Below are positions 38,547 to 47,600 of a stretch of DNA of 64,000 nucleotides, in pieces. Position 1 is the first letter of the stretch. Each line of letters opens with the position of its first letter. The notes beneath the pieces were generated by a model that was not told the origin of the DNA, made no database searches, and saw nothing but the letters and a program-made list of their open reading frames with translations. The translations under genes and the position numbers were made by a program. The stretch is from Elusimicrobiota bacterium (lineage in GTDB: Bacteria > Elusimicrobiota > Elusimicrobia > UBA1565 > UBA9628): NCBI GenBank assembly GCA_023249675.1, contig JAHFCE010000016.1, positions 247 through 64,246 of the forward strand, read 5' to 3'.

Positions 38547-39670
38547 AGCTCAATATCTCCGCGACCGCTCGATTTGTGAAGGGCTTTGGCCATCTCCGTA
38601 TTAATCACATTCACAGCGCCTGAGTTGAGATAGCTAGCTTTGCCACCCTTAACCCAGAATTCAGTGTGACCGACGCCGGCATAATCGCCGTCCACATTCT
38701 CAAACGTCTGACGCAAGAGAGCCTCCATCGTGGCCACCTTAAAGTTCGGCATATTTATCATCTTGTTCATAAATGGCACGCAGAATTTGCAAAAAAGTTC
38801 TACGCCGTTGTATTTAAAAAGAACAGTCGGCTCATCAGTTCCGAGGATATTTGTTATCGCCTTCCAGTAATTAAGAAAGATGCCGAGTTGTTTGTCCTCG
38901 GGGAATGCTGCAATTGGATTGTTGGCGACTAGAACATAGCGCTTGATCGACTTCACAAAGCTTTTCTGGTTTACGGTGGCCTCGTCATTTTCCTCATTTG
39001 CCATTTCGATTCTGTTGAGCCAAGGGCTCTCTTGATGGGTATTCAGAAAGTCGACATATTTGAGCGCCTTCTCATCTTCACCTTTGTGAACCGTATTAGC
39101 GATCCATTTGGGTAAATTGGGAATATCCTCCAGCTCCATTGACTGCGTAAGACGCGCGAAGATTCGCTGCTCAACACCCTTTTCAACGCTCTTCTGCGTG
39201 GTATTTACAATCAAGAAATGGCACATCTGAGCGATTTTCGGCAGATTGATTGCGATGTTGACTGGGACTTCAAAACTGAGGACCCGCGGGTCTTTTCCCG
39301 CTGCCATCTTAAGTCCTTCCACCCGGTGCTGCCCGTCAACAACGCTAAAGGGGCCGATTTTCTCAATGTCTATCTCGATCGTGTTATCAGCAGAGCTAAA
39401 AGGGATGCTCTTGTGAGTCGCCAAGAAAATGCTTGTGGGCAGAAAGGCATCTAGGGTTTCTTGACCAGCTTCAATATAGTCAGCCAATTTTTTTGCCCGC
39501 CCCTTGTTCAATAATCGCTGATACCCCTTATCGTTAACATTCTCTGGATCTAGTGTCTCTACGCTGTAGAAGCTTGGTATTAAAAGGTCTGAGACTCTAA
39601 GGGATGTCGCATAAAGAGTGAGGGAGCCTTGTTTGACGAGTGCCGCCGGACGCTTAATTACTTTAGACAT
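38543..39670 (-). CDS. DGQHR domain protein (ParB-like / DndB superfamily)
   Basis: YQRLL..R...LADY, LPTSIFL, VVDGQHR, F..VNTTQKSV. Confidence 0.9.
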   Translation of the reverse strand: MSKVIKRPAALVKQGSLTLYATSLRVSDLLIPSFYSVETLDPENVNDKGYQRLLNKGRAKKLADYIEAGQETLDAFLPTSIFLATHKSIPFSSADNTIEIDIEKIGPFSVVDGQHRVEGLKMAAGKDPRVLSFEVPVNIAINLPKIAQMCHFLIVNTTQKSVEKGVEQRIFARLTQSMELEDIPNLPKWIANTVHKGEDEKALKYVDFLNTHQESPWLNRIEMANEENDEATVNQKSFVKSIKRYVLVANNPIAAFPEDKQLGIFLNYWKAITNILGTDEPTVLFKYNGVELFCKFCVPFMNKMINMPNFKVATMEALLRQTFENVDGDYAGVGHTEFWVKGGKASYLNSGAVNVINTEMAKALHKSSGRGDIEL

Positions 39671-39696
39671 GTTGTCTCCTTCCGAATCCGTCTACC

Positions 39697-39724
39697 CTTC
39701 AACGCAGAGGGCGAGCGGCGGCCG
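39697..39724 (-). other. right half of an attC-like site
   Basis: CGGCCGCCGCTCGCCC-tctgc-GTTGAAG, close to the right half of the 40533 site (CGGCCGCCGCCCACCC-tcggc-GTAAGAA). Confidence 0.5.
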
Positions 39725-39728
39725 ATAC

Positions 39729-40526
39729 TCACTTTGACAAATCAATAAACATAGGCAGTTTCACCAGGCCAGCTTGTACGAGTGTGAGGAGCGCAATCAT
39801 GAGCGTTAGTCCGACCATCGCCCATTGAATCCGAGTATTTTCCCGATGCCTACGCTCGTCTTCTTCAAACTTTTCGATAGTCGAAATTGTGCGTCCCGTA
39901 ACTACATACCGATGGTTTTGCTTGCCTAACTCGCCACTTTCACAGAGCGACTCAAGATGCAGTTCAACCTTCCTCTGCTCGGTATCCCGATTAGGATGAA
40001 GCACCCACATCAGAGAATTCAATTCAGTCATTACGTCTATAACTGAAAGCGGATGTCCGTTGTCGACATGGCGGTCCCTAAGTAATTTCAGTATCCGGAG
40101 GCGTTCAACTCGCTCGAGACTCCGCATGTTAAATACATACTGCTGAATTCTACTGAGAAGTCGTTGTAAGTGTATCTTGAGATAGAGAACGGGGAAGAAC
40201 CATGTTCGAGCCACATCGTGCATCCCCCGATAGCGGACCTCACTCAATCCGTAATAGTGCAGGATCTGAATGGTGGCGGGATCAATATCCGTGTAATTCA
40301 ATTCGAAATCTGTAGCGAATGAATGTCCATCCCAACGTTTCCCACGAAGAATCGCCCCCTCCATGCTGCGCGCCCAAAAATAAGGATTAGCGGCATCGTC
40401 TATCCGTACGCTAAAGCAGTTGATCCGCTCCCCAGCTTCACCTGAACGAGGAACTCTATCGGAGCAGCTTCGATTCAGAATGAATTTCAATAACCGTCTA
40501 TAGAGCTTGTCGATAAATTGGTTCAT
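39729..40526 (-). CDS. hypothetical protein, winged-helix-like region plus C-terminal TM
   Basis: LHLESLCESGEL..YVVTGRTISTIEKFEEDERRH followed by IQWAMVGLTLMIALLTLVQAGLV. Confidence 0.8.
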   Translation of the reverse strand: MNQFIDKLYRRLLKFILNRSCSDRVPRSGEAGERINCFSVRIDDAANPYFWARSMEGAILRGKRWDGHSFATDFELNYTDIDPATIQILHYYGLSEVRYRGMHDVARTWFFPVLYLKIHLQRLLSRIQQYVFNMRSLERVERLRILKLLRDRHVDNGHPLSVIDVMTELNSLMWVLHPNRDTEQRKVELHLESLCESGELGKQNHRYVVTGRTISTIEKFEEDERRHRENTRIQWAMVGLTLMIALLTLVQAGLVKLPMFIDLSK

Positions 40527-40532
40527 AGATTT

Positions 40533-40613
40533 TTCTTACGCCGAGGGTGGGCGGCGGCCGCTTCAACTGTCCCCCCAAACGAGGCGACCGGCCGCTCTAC
40601 CCAATAGTTAGAC
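40533..40613 (-). other. attC-like site
   Basis: GTCTAAC overlapping the TAA of the upstream gene, 5-nt spacer, L boxes GGTAGAGCGG/CCGCCCACC, R' GTAAGAA; centre GCTTCAAC.GTCC..CCAAACGAGGC shared with the 38113 site. Confidence 0.75.
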
Positions 40614-41366
40614 GCCACCTTGCCCCCTGCCCGACGGAAGCGGATACGACGTTTGCGTCGCCGTTACTGTAACGTCTCCGAACGTCAATTTGCCCGCATC
40701 TTCCGGGAGGCGCTGTTTCAGTAAATCCTGATCTTCTTCCGGTAAATCTTCGAGTGACTGCTTGAGGTTCTTAACTAGGTCCATCGGTTTGCCGCTGTGC
40801 GTTTTAGGTGCTCCGGAATTCAGATCAGCTAAGTAGTTTTCTACCGACGCTTTGAAATCAGCAGTGAACGTATCAATGTTGATGATGAGGCGATTGGAGT
40901 GAGCCGTCTTAGTTGCTGATGCCACTTGTCCAGCGAGATCAGTGAATTGCAGGTGCTTATCCGAAAGCAGCCTGCCGCGGCGAGTCGGATAAAATCCGGA
41001 ATCAGTCCCAAAGCCGAGATAATGGCTGTGCAGAAGCCCGCATCGGTAGCAGACATAGAGTGCCTTTGTGCTCCCCTGATAGGTCGCCGGAAAATAATGC
41101 GTCAGGAAGGCCGTAAAACTTTCCTCGGATTTCCCACCCTGATTCTTGTAGCCAAGCAGAGCCCGTCCGCAGGTTTCAATACCAACGCAGACGAGTTGCA
41201 AGGTGCCGCCATTGGATTCGCCCAGGGGGATGGGCCAGCCTCCAACCGACTGCTGAGGAGTTGATTTCCAGACTTCAGGCTTTGAGTGTAAATTGGCAAA
41301 GATGTCCTGAAAGATCATGCGGACAAACCGGCGCGACTTGCTTTCGAGCTTGGCATCCATTTTCAT
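40608..41366 (-). CDS. HEPN-like protein
   Basis: GIETCG...FTAFLTHYF...LYVCYRCGLLHS (RX4H); start moved to ATG 41366. Confidence 0.65.
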   Translation of the reverse strand: MKMDAKLESKSRRFVRMIFQDIFANLHSKPEVWKSTPQQSVGGWPIPLGESNGGTLQLVCVGIETCGRALLGYKNQGGKSEESFTAFLTHYFPATYQGSTKALYVCYRCGLLHSHYLGFGTDSGFYPTRRGRLLSDKHLQFTDLAGQVASATKTAHSNRLIINIDTFTADFKASVENYLADLNSGAPKTHSGKPMDLVKNLKQSLEDLPEEDQDLLKQRLPEDAGKLTFGDVTVTATQTSYPLPSGRGQGGV

Positions 41367-41373
41367 TGTTGGC

Positions 41374-41417
41374 GTCGAACGCTTAGCCGCCCCCTTTGCA
41401 TTCTGGCGGCAACGAGA
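41374..41417 (-). other. cassette-junction remnant (GCCGCC/GGCGGC hairpin plus GTTCGAC)
   Basis: GCCGCC-N-GGCGGC hairpin followed by GTTCGACGC just before the next ATG; same layout as 42075. Confidence 0.4.
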
Positions 41418-42063
41418 TAAATTGAAGATAGTCATCACCAATCTTCGTTGTCGTCTTCGCCATGATTCCGCTTCGGCTCATTGTTATGCCATAGCTGTCA
41501 CGCTTAAGCGACCCGAGGCTCTTTCGATAAATATCATCGAGCATTGATTCCAAATGCCCTCGCGTTAGTTTCGGGAAAGCCGGCTCAAGTAAAGCTCCGA
41601 TTCCGCCCATCGAAATTCCATCCAATCGCTTCTTCAAATCAGGCAAGGAATTAGCAAATGCTTCCGGGTTCGCCAAAATCTTTAGTAGCCGGATGTGTTC
41701 GCCAGTCAAATTCTCAGTAACGCCAAGGAAAAACTCGGCCTCAGATCCATCCGACGGTTTCAAAGCCTCATTCGCGACTATCCCCCTGAAGGCTTCAAGC
41801 TTATCAGGATGTCGCTCCAGGCTCATCATGCGCAGAGTTTTTACAAGAGTGATGTGAAACGCTTCGGACCTAAGCTTTGAGTCGTCGAGCCTTTTCTCAA
41901 GGCGCTTAAGGTCCTCACCAACAAGCCGCATCGCCTCCTTCTGTTTTTCCGCCATAGTACCCGGAATGTAATCCTGTAGCAAGACAGCCAGGGGACCGCC
42001 AATGGGTCCAAGCGCAGATGTCAGTGCTACCAGTGCAGTCTTCAGATGATCTTGTCGTTCCAT
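41383..42063 (-). CDS. hypothetical protein, Abi-alpha/DUF4393-like
   Basis: SEAFHITLVKT...DKLEAFRGIVAN...FFLGVTENLTGEHIRLLKIL pattern, recalled similarity only. Confidence 0.55.
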   Translation of the reverse strand: MERQDHLKTALVALTSALGPIGGPLAVLLQDYIPGTMAEKQKEAMRLVGEDLKRLEKRLDDSKLRSEAFHITLVKTLRMMSLERHPDKLEAFRGIVANEALKPSDGSEAEFFLGVTENLTGEHIRLLKILANPEAFANSLPDLKKRLDGISMGGIGALLEPAFPKLTRGHLESMLDDIYRKSLGSLKRDSYGITMSRSGIMAKTTTKIGDDYLQFISLPPECKGGG

Positions 42064-42074
42064 TTGTTATGTGC

Positions 42075-42138
42075 GTCTAACGCCGCCCCTGTGCTGTGGC
42101 GGCTATCGAGATTCTTACGCTAACTCAAGTGGTTAGTT
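42075..42138 (-). other. attC-like site
   Basis: AACTAAC overlapping the TAA of 42133 and GTTAGAC 11 nt before the ATG of 42063; inner L pairing poor. Confidence 0.55.
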
Positions 42139-42690
42139 GGACGCCTTGCCGGCAACAGGGATAGCGGAATAAATTTCACTGAGGCGTGAATCGCAATTAT
42201 TTTTTATGGCTTCATCGCTACTCATCTCTTCGTAAAAGCCGTCTAGGCCCTTTTCAAATGCATTCGTGAGGTTCTGAAACGATGTCGCGACCATCGTCTC
42301 GCTATTCGGTAGTGACAAGATAATCTTCTGGAGATCTGAAACTTGGCCGGATCCCCACGAGTAAAGCAGCCAACGAGCCTTCCCCGCGCTGCTTGCCGTG
42401 GATTCCGCAGACGCGGTGTGCAGGATTGAGCAGCGTGCTCCCCAAAGATCAAAGGCAGTGACCTCTGGGAGATGTGGAATGAGATACTTGTCGCAAAAGG
42501 CTCTAAACCGCGTCCCGGCCTCCTGATCACTCCCAGCACCACGTATGTATGCGAAGACGTCGATGCTGGCATAAAGAATCATGAGGTAGGGGAGAGGGAG
42601 CGTTGGCTTGCCCAATGCTCGAAGTGCTCCGAGCTGCTGCTCTCTGAGATAGTTAAAGAGGGTAAGCGTATCAGGCCTTTTTACATTCAT
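42133..42690 (-). CDS. HEPN-like protein
   Basis: YASIDVFAY...FRAFCDKYL...DLWGARCSILHT (RX4H). Confidence 0.7.
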   Translation of the reverse strand: MNVKRPDTLTLFNYLREQQLGALRALGKPTLPLPYLMILYASIDVFAYIRGAGSDQEAGTRFRAFCDKYLIPHLPEVTAFDLWGARCSILHTASAESTASSAGKARWLLYSWGSGQVSDLQKIILSLPNSETMVATSFQNLTNAFEKGLDGFYEEMSSDEAIKNNCDSRLSEIYSAIPVAGKASN

Positions 42691-42695
42691 AGTGC

Positions 42696-42812
42696 GTCTA
42701 ACCAGCGTTAGACCGACCGGCTAAATTCGGTGTCAAAATTACAATTCTCAGATTATATCGCTAATACAACCATTTAGTCGGAATCAATCTAGCTCTAGAC
42801 AATGCGTTAGAC
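42696..42812 (-). other. attC-like site at the array head
   Basis: Perfect GTCTAAC / GTTAGAC ends, inner IR CCGGCTAAAT / ATTTAGTCGG; GTGCGTCTAAC identical at 42071 and 42692. Confidence 0.65.
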
Positions 42813-42912
42813 TGCCGGCTTAAGCGTGGGGTCGCTATTTGCGCGCCGATGGTGGTGGGCTAAACTGCACAGGCAGTTCACGCAGGAAGCGGTCCGCATT
42901 CAAGAATTGACC

Positions 42913-42925
42913 GCCCCCGCAACCA
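42913..42925 (+). repeat. attR: displaced tRNA 3' end GCCCCCGCAACCA
   Basis: Identical to 24965-24975 plus CA. Confidence 0.9.
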
Positions 42926-42947
42926 TTTAGCATTGTTTTTCGTCGAG

Positions 42948-42992
42948 AAACGAGCGAAAACCCTGGTCCAAAAGGCCGGGGTTTTTCGTTTT
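42948..42992 (+). terminator. intrinsic terminator (original tRNA terminator)
   Basis: GAAAACCCTGG..CCGGGGTTTTTC stem followed by GTTTT. Confidence 0.7.
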
Positions 42993-43009
42993 CTGCCCCT
43001 CGCCAGGCG

Positions 43010-43124
43010 AAGTGGGACATGATCCCGACCGGGATCGATCTCCTGGTGACTCATGGGCCGCCTCATGGAATCCTTCGACGGGACAATGTTTATCGACGCG
43101 TCCGTCAGGAACGAGAAGCTGTGA
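43010..43124 (+). pseudogene. metallophosphoesterase remnant with internal deletion
   Basis: WDMIPTGIDLLVTHGPPHGIL joined, in the +1 frame, to DGTMFIDASVRNEKL, resembling the family C-terminus. Confidence 0.6.
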
Positions 43125-43180
43125 CCCGGAATGGAAGCTCTTTGTATTTTATCTGGCTTAATAATCAATATATTATTTAC

Positions 43181-43210
43181 TTGACAAATAGGACAATTAC
43201 CTGATATATA
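43181..43210 (+). promoter_or_regulatory. promoter of the AbiE pair
   Basis: TTGACA, 18 bp, extended -10 TGnTATATA in an AT-rich patch. Confidence 0.65.
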
Positions 43211-43223
43211 GAAAGAGGGGCTT

Positions 43224-43991
43224 ATGGCGACACGATCCTTTGAACTGCGCGAATTCTTCCACTTAGCCTTGCTGCGCCACCTTGCGACGAGGTTGTCCGG
43301 CCGCGACTACGCGGTCAAGGGAGGCATCTGCCTTCGTTTCTTCCACCGCTCGCCACGGCTCTCCCAGGACATGGACGTGGACATCGTCTCCAACGTCCGC
43401 CTCAAAACACTCCAGAACGCCGTGGATTCCATCCTCGAAGGCCAAGCCTTCGCCTCCTCGCTCCTGCAGCAGGGGATCACGCGCATCACCGCAAGCAAAC
43501 CTAAGCAGACTGAAACCACGCAGCGCTGGAAGGCGGCTCTCTACGCCGGCGCGGGCGAGCCGCTGTCCACCAAGGTCGAATTCAGCCGGCGCAACGACCG
43601 GATCACCGGCGCTACCGGCATGCCGGACGCCGAACTCCTGCGACAGTACCGTATGACGCCGTTCGCAGCACAGTTCTACGATGCGGCATCCATGACCGCC
43701 CAGAAAATCGCGGCCCTAGCCTCGCCGTCGCGCTACGCCCTGCGCGACCTCTTCGACCTCCACCACCTGCTGCGCGTCGTCCTCGTTAAGCCTGAGGACG
43801 CGGCCAAGATGCTCGATACGAAAACGTTGGAAAACGCCGCGGACAAGGTCGGGAGCTTCACCTTCGGCGACTTCAAGGAGCAGGTCCTGCCCTACCTGTC
43901 CAGCGACCTGATCGATCTCTATCGGAAAGAGGACGCCTTCGAACGGCAAAGCTCGGAGGTCGCGCAGGCGCTTCTGGAGATGCTCCAATGA
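43224..43991 (+). CDS. abiEii: AbiEii-family nucleotidyltransferase toxin (type IV TA)
   Basis: VKGGICLRFF..SPRLSQDMD, KIAAL, RDLFDL. Confidence 0.9.
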   Translation: MATRSFELREFFHLALLRHLATRLSGRDYAVKGGICLRFFHRSPRLSQDMDVDIVSNVRLKTLQNAVDSILEGQAFASSLLQQGITRITASKPKQTETTQRWKAALYAGAGEPLSTKVEFSRRNDRITGATGMPDAELLRQYRMTPFAAQFYDAASMTAQKIAALASPSRYALRDLFDLHHLLRVVLVKPEDAAKMLDTKTLENAADKVGSFTFGDFKEQVLPYLSSDLIDLYRKEDAFERQSSEVAQALLEMLQ

Positions 43992-44602
43992 GCGTCTCCG
44001 CGGCTTCGCTCCTCAAGCTGATCCAGCATCACGACCTGAGAGTCTTCACCTCGGCTGACATCATCACGCTCACCGGCCTCACGCCGGTCGCCGCAACCAA
44101 GGCGCTCACGCGTCTGGCCGGGCAGGACCTCGTCGGCCGGATCAAGAGGGGCGTGTGGGTCAGCAAGCTCTCCGCGGACCTGAACCCTTATGAGGCTGTG
44201 CCGTATCTCAGAGCGCCTTGGCCCGCCTATGTCTCGCTCTACAGCGCCCTGGCGGATTACGGAGTGGTCGAGGAGATTCCGCACGTCGTCTACGCTGTGT
44301 CCACCGCCCCGCCTAAACGCTACCGGACCTCCATCGGAGAGTTCAGCATCCACCACCTGCCCGAACGGCTGATTTGGGGCTACGCGATCAAGCAGCAGGG
44401 ACAAGCGCGCTATCCGATCGCCGATCCCGAGAAGGCTTTTTTGGACCTCGTCTACCTGGCGCTGATCCCGCGCTCCCCTCTGGAACTGCCGCACAAGCGG
44501 GAGCGCAAGTGGGACCTCGACAAAGAGAAGCTCAAACGCTATGCCGCGCGGTTCAAGTTCGAGCCGCTAACGAACTGGCTGAAGAAGGAGCGCCTGCACT
44601 AG
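43988..44602 (+). CDS. abiEi: AbiEi-family antitoxin
   Basis: N-terminal wHTH (LTRLA...RIKRGVW), YVSLYSALADYG, IADPEKAFLD; ATGA overlap with the toxin. Confidence 0.88.
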   Translation: MSVSAASLLKLIQHHDLRVFTSADIITLTGLTPVAATKALTRLAGQDLVGRIKRGVWVSKLSADLNPYEAVPYLRAPWPAYVSLYSALADYGVVEEIPHVVYAVSTAPPKRYRTSIGEFSIHHLPERLIWGYAIKQQGQARYPIADPEKAFLDLVYLALIPRSPLELPHKRERKWDLDKEKLKRYAARFKFEPLTNWLKKERLH

Positions 44603-44690
44603 ACAACCGGGCAGCAAGCATCGCACAAAGCTCAGGCCTTTCCCCCTGCCCCAAGGCCCCTGGCAATTCGGCGCTTATCCATCTACCCTA

Positions 44691-47600
44691 TTGCGGATGG
44701 CTAAAACCAAGAAGCTCTTTGCGGCGGCCCTATGGCTTTTGGCCGCCTCCGGCTGGGCCGCCCAGACGGGAAAACTCGGGGAGCCGATTGCCGTCACGTT
44801 CTCCGCCCCCTCAGCCATCGAGTCTCCCGCCGTCCCCGTTCTCCCGCCCTCCCTGACCGGAACCCCTGTCCTCCCTCCGGCCCTGGCCGCCCCGCCTTCC
44901 ATCTCGCTTCCCACCCCGCTCTCCGTCCCCCGCGCCCCCGAGGCAGCGCCCGCAAGCCGGGGGACCGTCCCGGCCGCCGCCCAGAAAGGCCTGAGGGCCA
45001 TCGGCGGACAGCTCTCGGCCGGGGAGGCCGAACACGCGGCCGCGCTCGACCGCGCCTGGGATCTCTCCTCCCCGCGCGAGGCCGCGCCCCTCGCGCCCGT
45101 CCAATCCCAGGAGATCCCCGCCCCCCGCGCCGCCCCCGCCACGGCGGACCTGGGCCGAGCCGCGATTCAGGACTTGCTGGTCCGAGGCCTCCCCTCGGGG
45201 ACCGCGCGCGTGGTCGAGGGCGAGATCCTCTTCTGGGACCCCAAGCGCCAGAACATGGACCCTTATTTGGCCTCCCCCCACGACGACAAGAACATGGTCT
45301 CGGCCAAGACGCGCAACGAGATCGAGGGCTTGCGCCGCGTCTGGCTCGACGTCCGCGGGGCGCTCGCTGGCAAAGTCTCGCCCGACACCCTGGTAGAGGC
45401 CGACGCCCTCGTCGCCAAGGCCAAGGACGAAATCGAGAGCAACCGGCTCCGCGCCGAGATCATCATCGAGAGGCTCGCCGCGCGCATCACAGCCGACCCC
45501 TCCCGGAGCATGGGGCAGACCGCCGCCATCCTGGAAAAGGAACTCGTCCCCGCCCTCAAGAGCCGCCCCTCTTTGCTTTATCTCGCCGATGCCGCGGCCA
45601 ACATGGACCTGGAAAAGTTCCACGACGACTTAAAGCGCCTCGAAAAGGATCTGATCATGACCAAGATCCACGACCGCTTCCTGCGCCTGCTCTACGGCTT
45701 CGACGCCAAGACCCCTGAGGACGTGTTCGGAGAGCGCCTGATCGCCCAGATGCGGCGCATGGCCATCGGCGAGTTCTTCCCCCTCATCAACCGGGAGGTG
45801 TCGGCCGGCAAGACCGCCGAGCAGGCCTTGAACGCGGCCCTCGCCAAGATCCGAAGCCAGATCGAGGTGTTCCGGACCCAAGTCCTCCAGAACCCCAAAA
45901 ACCAGCTAGCCAAGAGGAACTTCGCCACCCTCGAGGAGATCGCCGCGGCCATGGAGGCCGTGCGCGATAGCCTGCGCGTCTATGACTATACCTACGAGCA
46001 GACCGACCTGCCCGAGGTCGCCCAGTCCAAAAAAGAGAGCGAGTACGCCCGCCACGAGGAGGCCTGGGGCCAAGCCCAGTCCCGTCTCCAGGGCCAGGCG
46101 CCCTCCACCGAGCTGAGCGCCTTCCTCGATGAGATTCAGACTTATCTGCGCTCCGAAATCTTGACGTTCGGCCGCCCCCTGCAGTACGCCGCCGCCGGGT
46201 TCTTCTCCCGCAACGCCGGGCGGCTCCAAAAGGTCAACGGAAAATTCGCCGACCAAGGCCTCGAAGGCCCGCTTGACTTCCTCATGGCCTACTCCCACTT
46301 CGCGCGCGGCGGCGGCAAGCAAGCCGCCCAAACGCGGGAACTCGTGGTCATGACCCGCGAAATCCGCGACGAGGCCGACTACCAAGACCTGCGCCTGGAC
46401 TTCCGCGAGCATGGGCGCATCGTCGGCATCGTCACGACGGGCTCCGCCGAGAACGGCGGGGCCAGCCGCATGCCCCACTGGGTCATCTTCGCCAAGGCCG
46501 ACGGAATCGTTCCCGTCCCCTGGGCCGGCCTCGACACCCAGGGCCTTCCCCTGGCCGATCTGGCCAAGCGCTTCGAGCGCCCCGGGGGCCGCCCGGGCAG
46601 CGCTTTGATCAACGGCAGGCGGGGCCACCTCCTGATCAATCCCACGGCGAAAAACCACGCGGACTGGACGGCCCGCGGCCAAGCCTACGGGCGCCTGGAG
46701 GAGCACTACAAGTCCCGCGCCCGGAAGCCCGTCGCCTTCAATGGGGCCCCCGTGCGCTTCCTGGCGGACGAGGCCAAACCCGCGGCCTTCCAGGGCGAGG
46801 GGCCCTCGGCCATCGAGGCCAGCGGTGCGAGCGGCGTGGGCCTGCTGCGCATGGAGCAGTTCATGAGCGAGGTCGGCGTCGAGTGGGACCGCGCCCAGCT
46901 CGCCGCGGGGCTTAAAACCATACTCCAGCGGCCCCTCTTCAAGAACGGCGCGCCCCTCGTCGTGAGGCTCTTCGATTTCGAGGGCGACAAAATCCCGAAG
47001 TTCGTCCGCCGCGTGGAGGCGCGAGCGCTCCTCCAGACCCACTCCAACGCGCGCTTCTATCTCGATGAAGGCCGCCCCGAATTCCGCGAGTTCGGCAAGA
47101 TGCAGCTCAAGGCCCTCTTCGACGCCCACATGAGCGCCCGCCCCGGCGGCAATGTCCGCGTCCTGTTCTCGAACGTCCGCAGCGCCAAGGAAATCCGCTC
47201 CATCGAGAAGCTGGTCGATGAGGCCGCCGCCGAGTATGCTGCCGAAACCGAGGACCCGGAGGCCGCCGCCCGGGAGCTCCAGCGCCTGCCCATCGGTTAC
47301 ATGATCGAGGACCTCGAGACCGTCAAGACGCTCGGCTCCTTCATGGCCCAGATCCGCAGGCTCCGCCAGGAGCGGCCGGCCGAACGTTTCCTAGCCCTGG
47401 GCACCAACGACTACCAGAGCTCGCTCTTGCGCGACGATCCCGTCGCCATCGAGAAGCTCGCCAAGCTCCACCCGCGTCTGGTTGAGGGCATCTGGAAGGC
47501 GGCCAAGGCCGCCGCCGCCCAGGGCATCGAGTTCACCGTGGACGGAGAGTGGGGCTCCGACCCCAGAATGCTCATCGCCCTCCTGGCTCTGCGCTCCTTT

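Larger units (their letters stand above)
24965..42923. mobile_element. ~18 kb integrative element / defence island in tRNA-fMet 3' end
   Basis: 11-bp direct repeat GCCCCCGCAAC at 24965-24975 and 42913-42923; right copy continues CA (original CCA) then a terminator; visibly lower GC; integrases, RM, cassettes. Confidence 0.9.

Noticed and set aside
42835-43020. 61-aa ORF as an independent gene
   Set aside because: Crosses attR and the terminator; its 3' part is the alternative integrase C-terminus of the excised form
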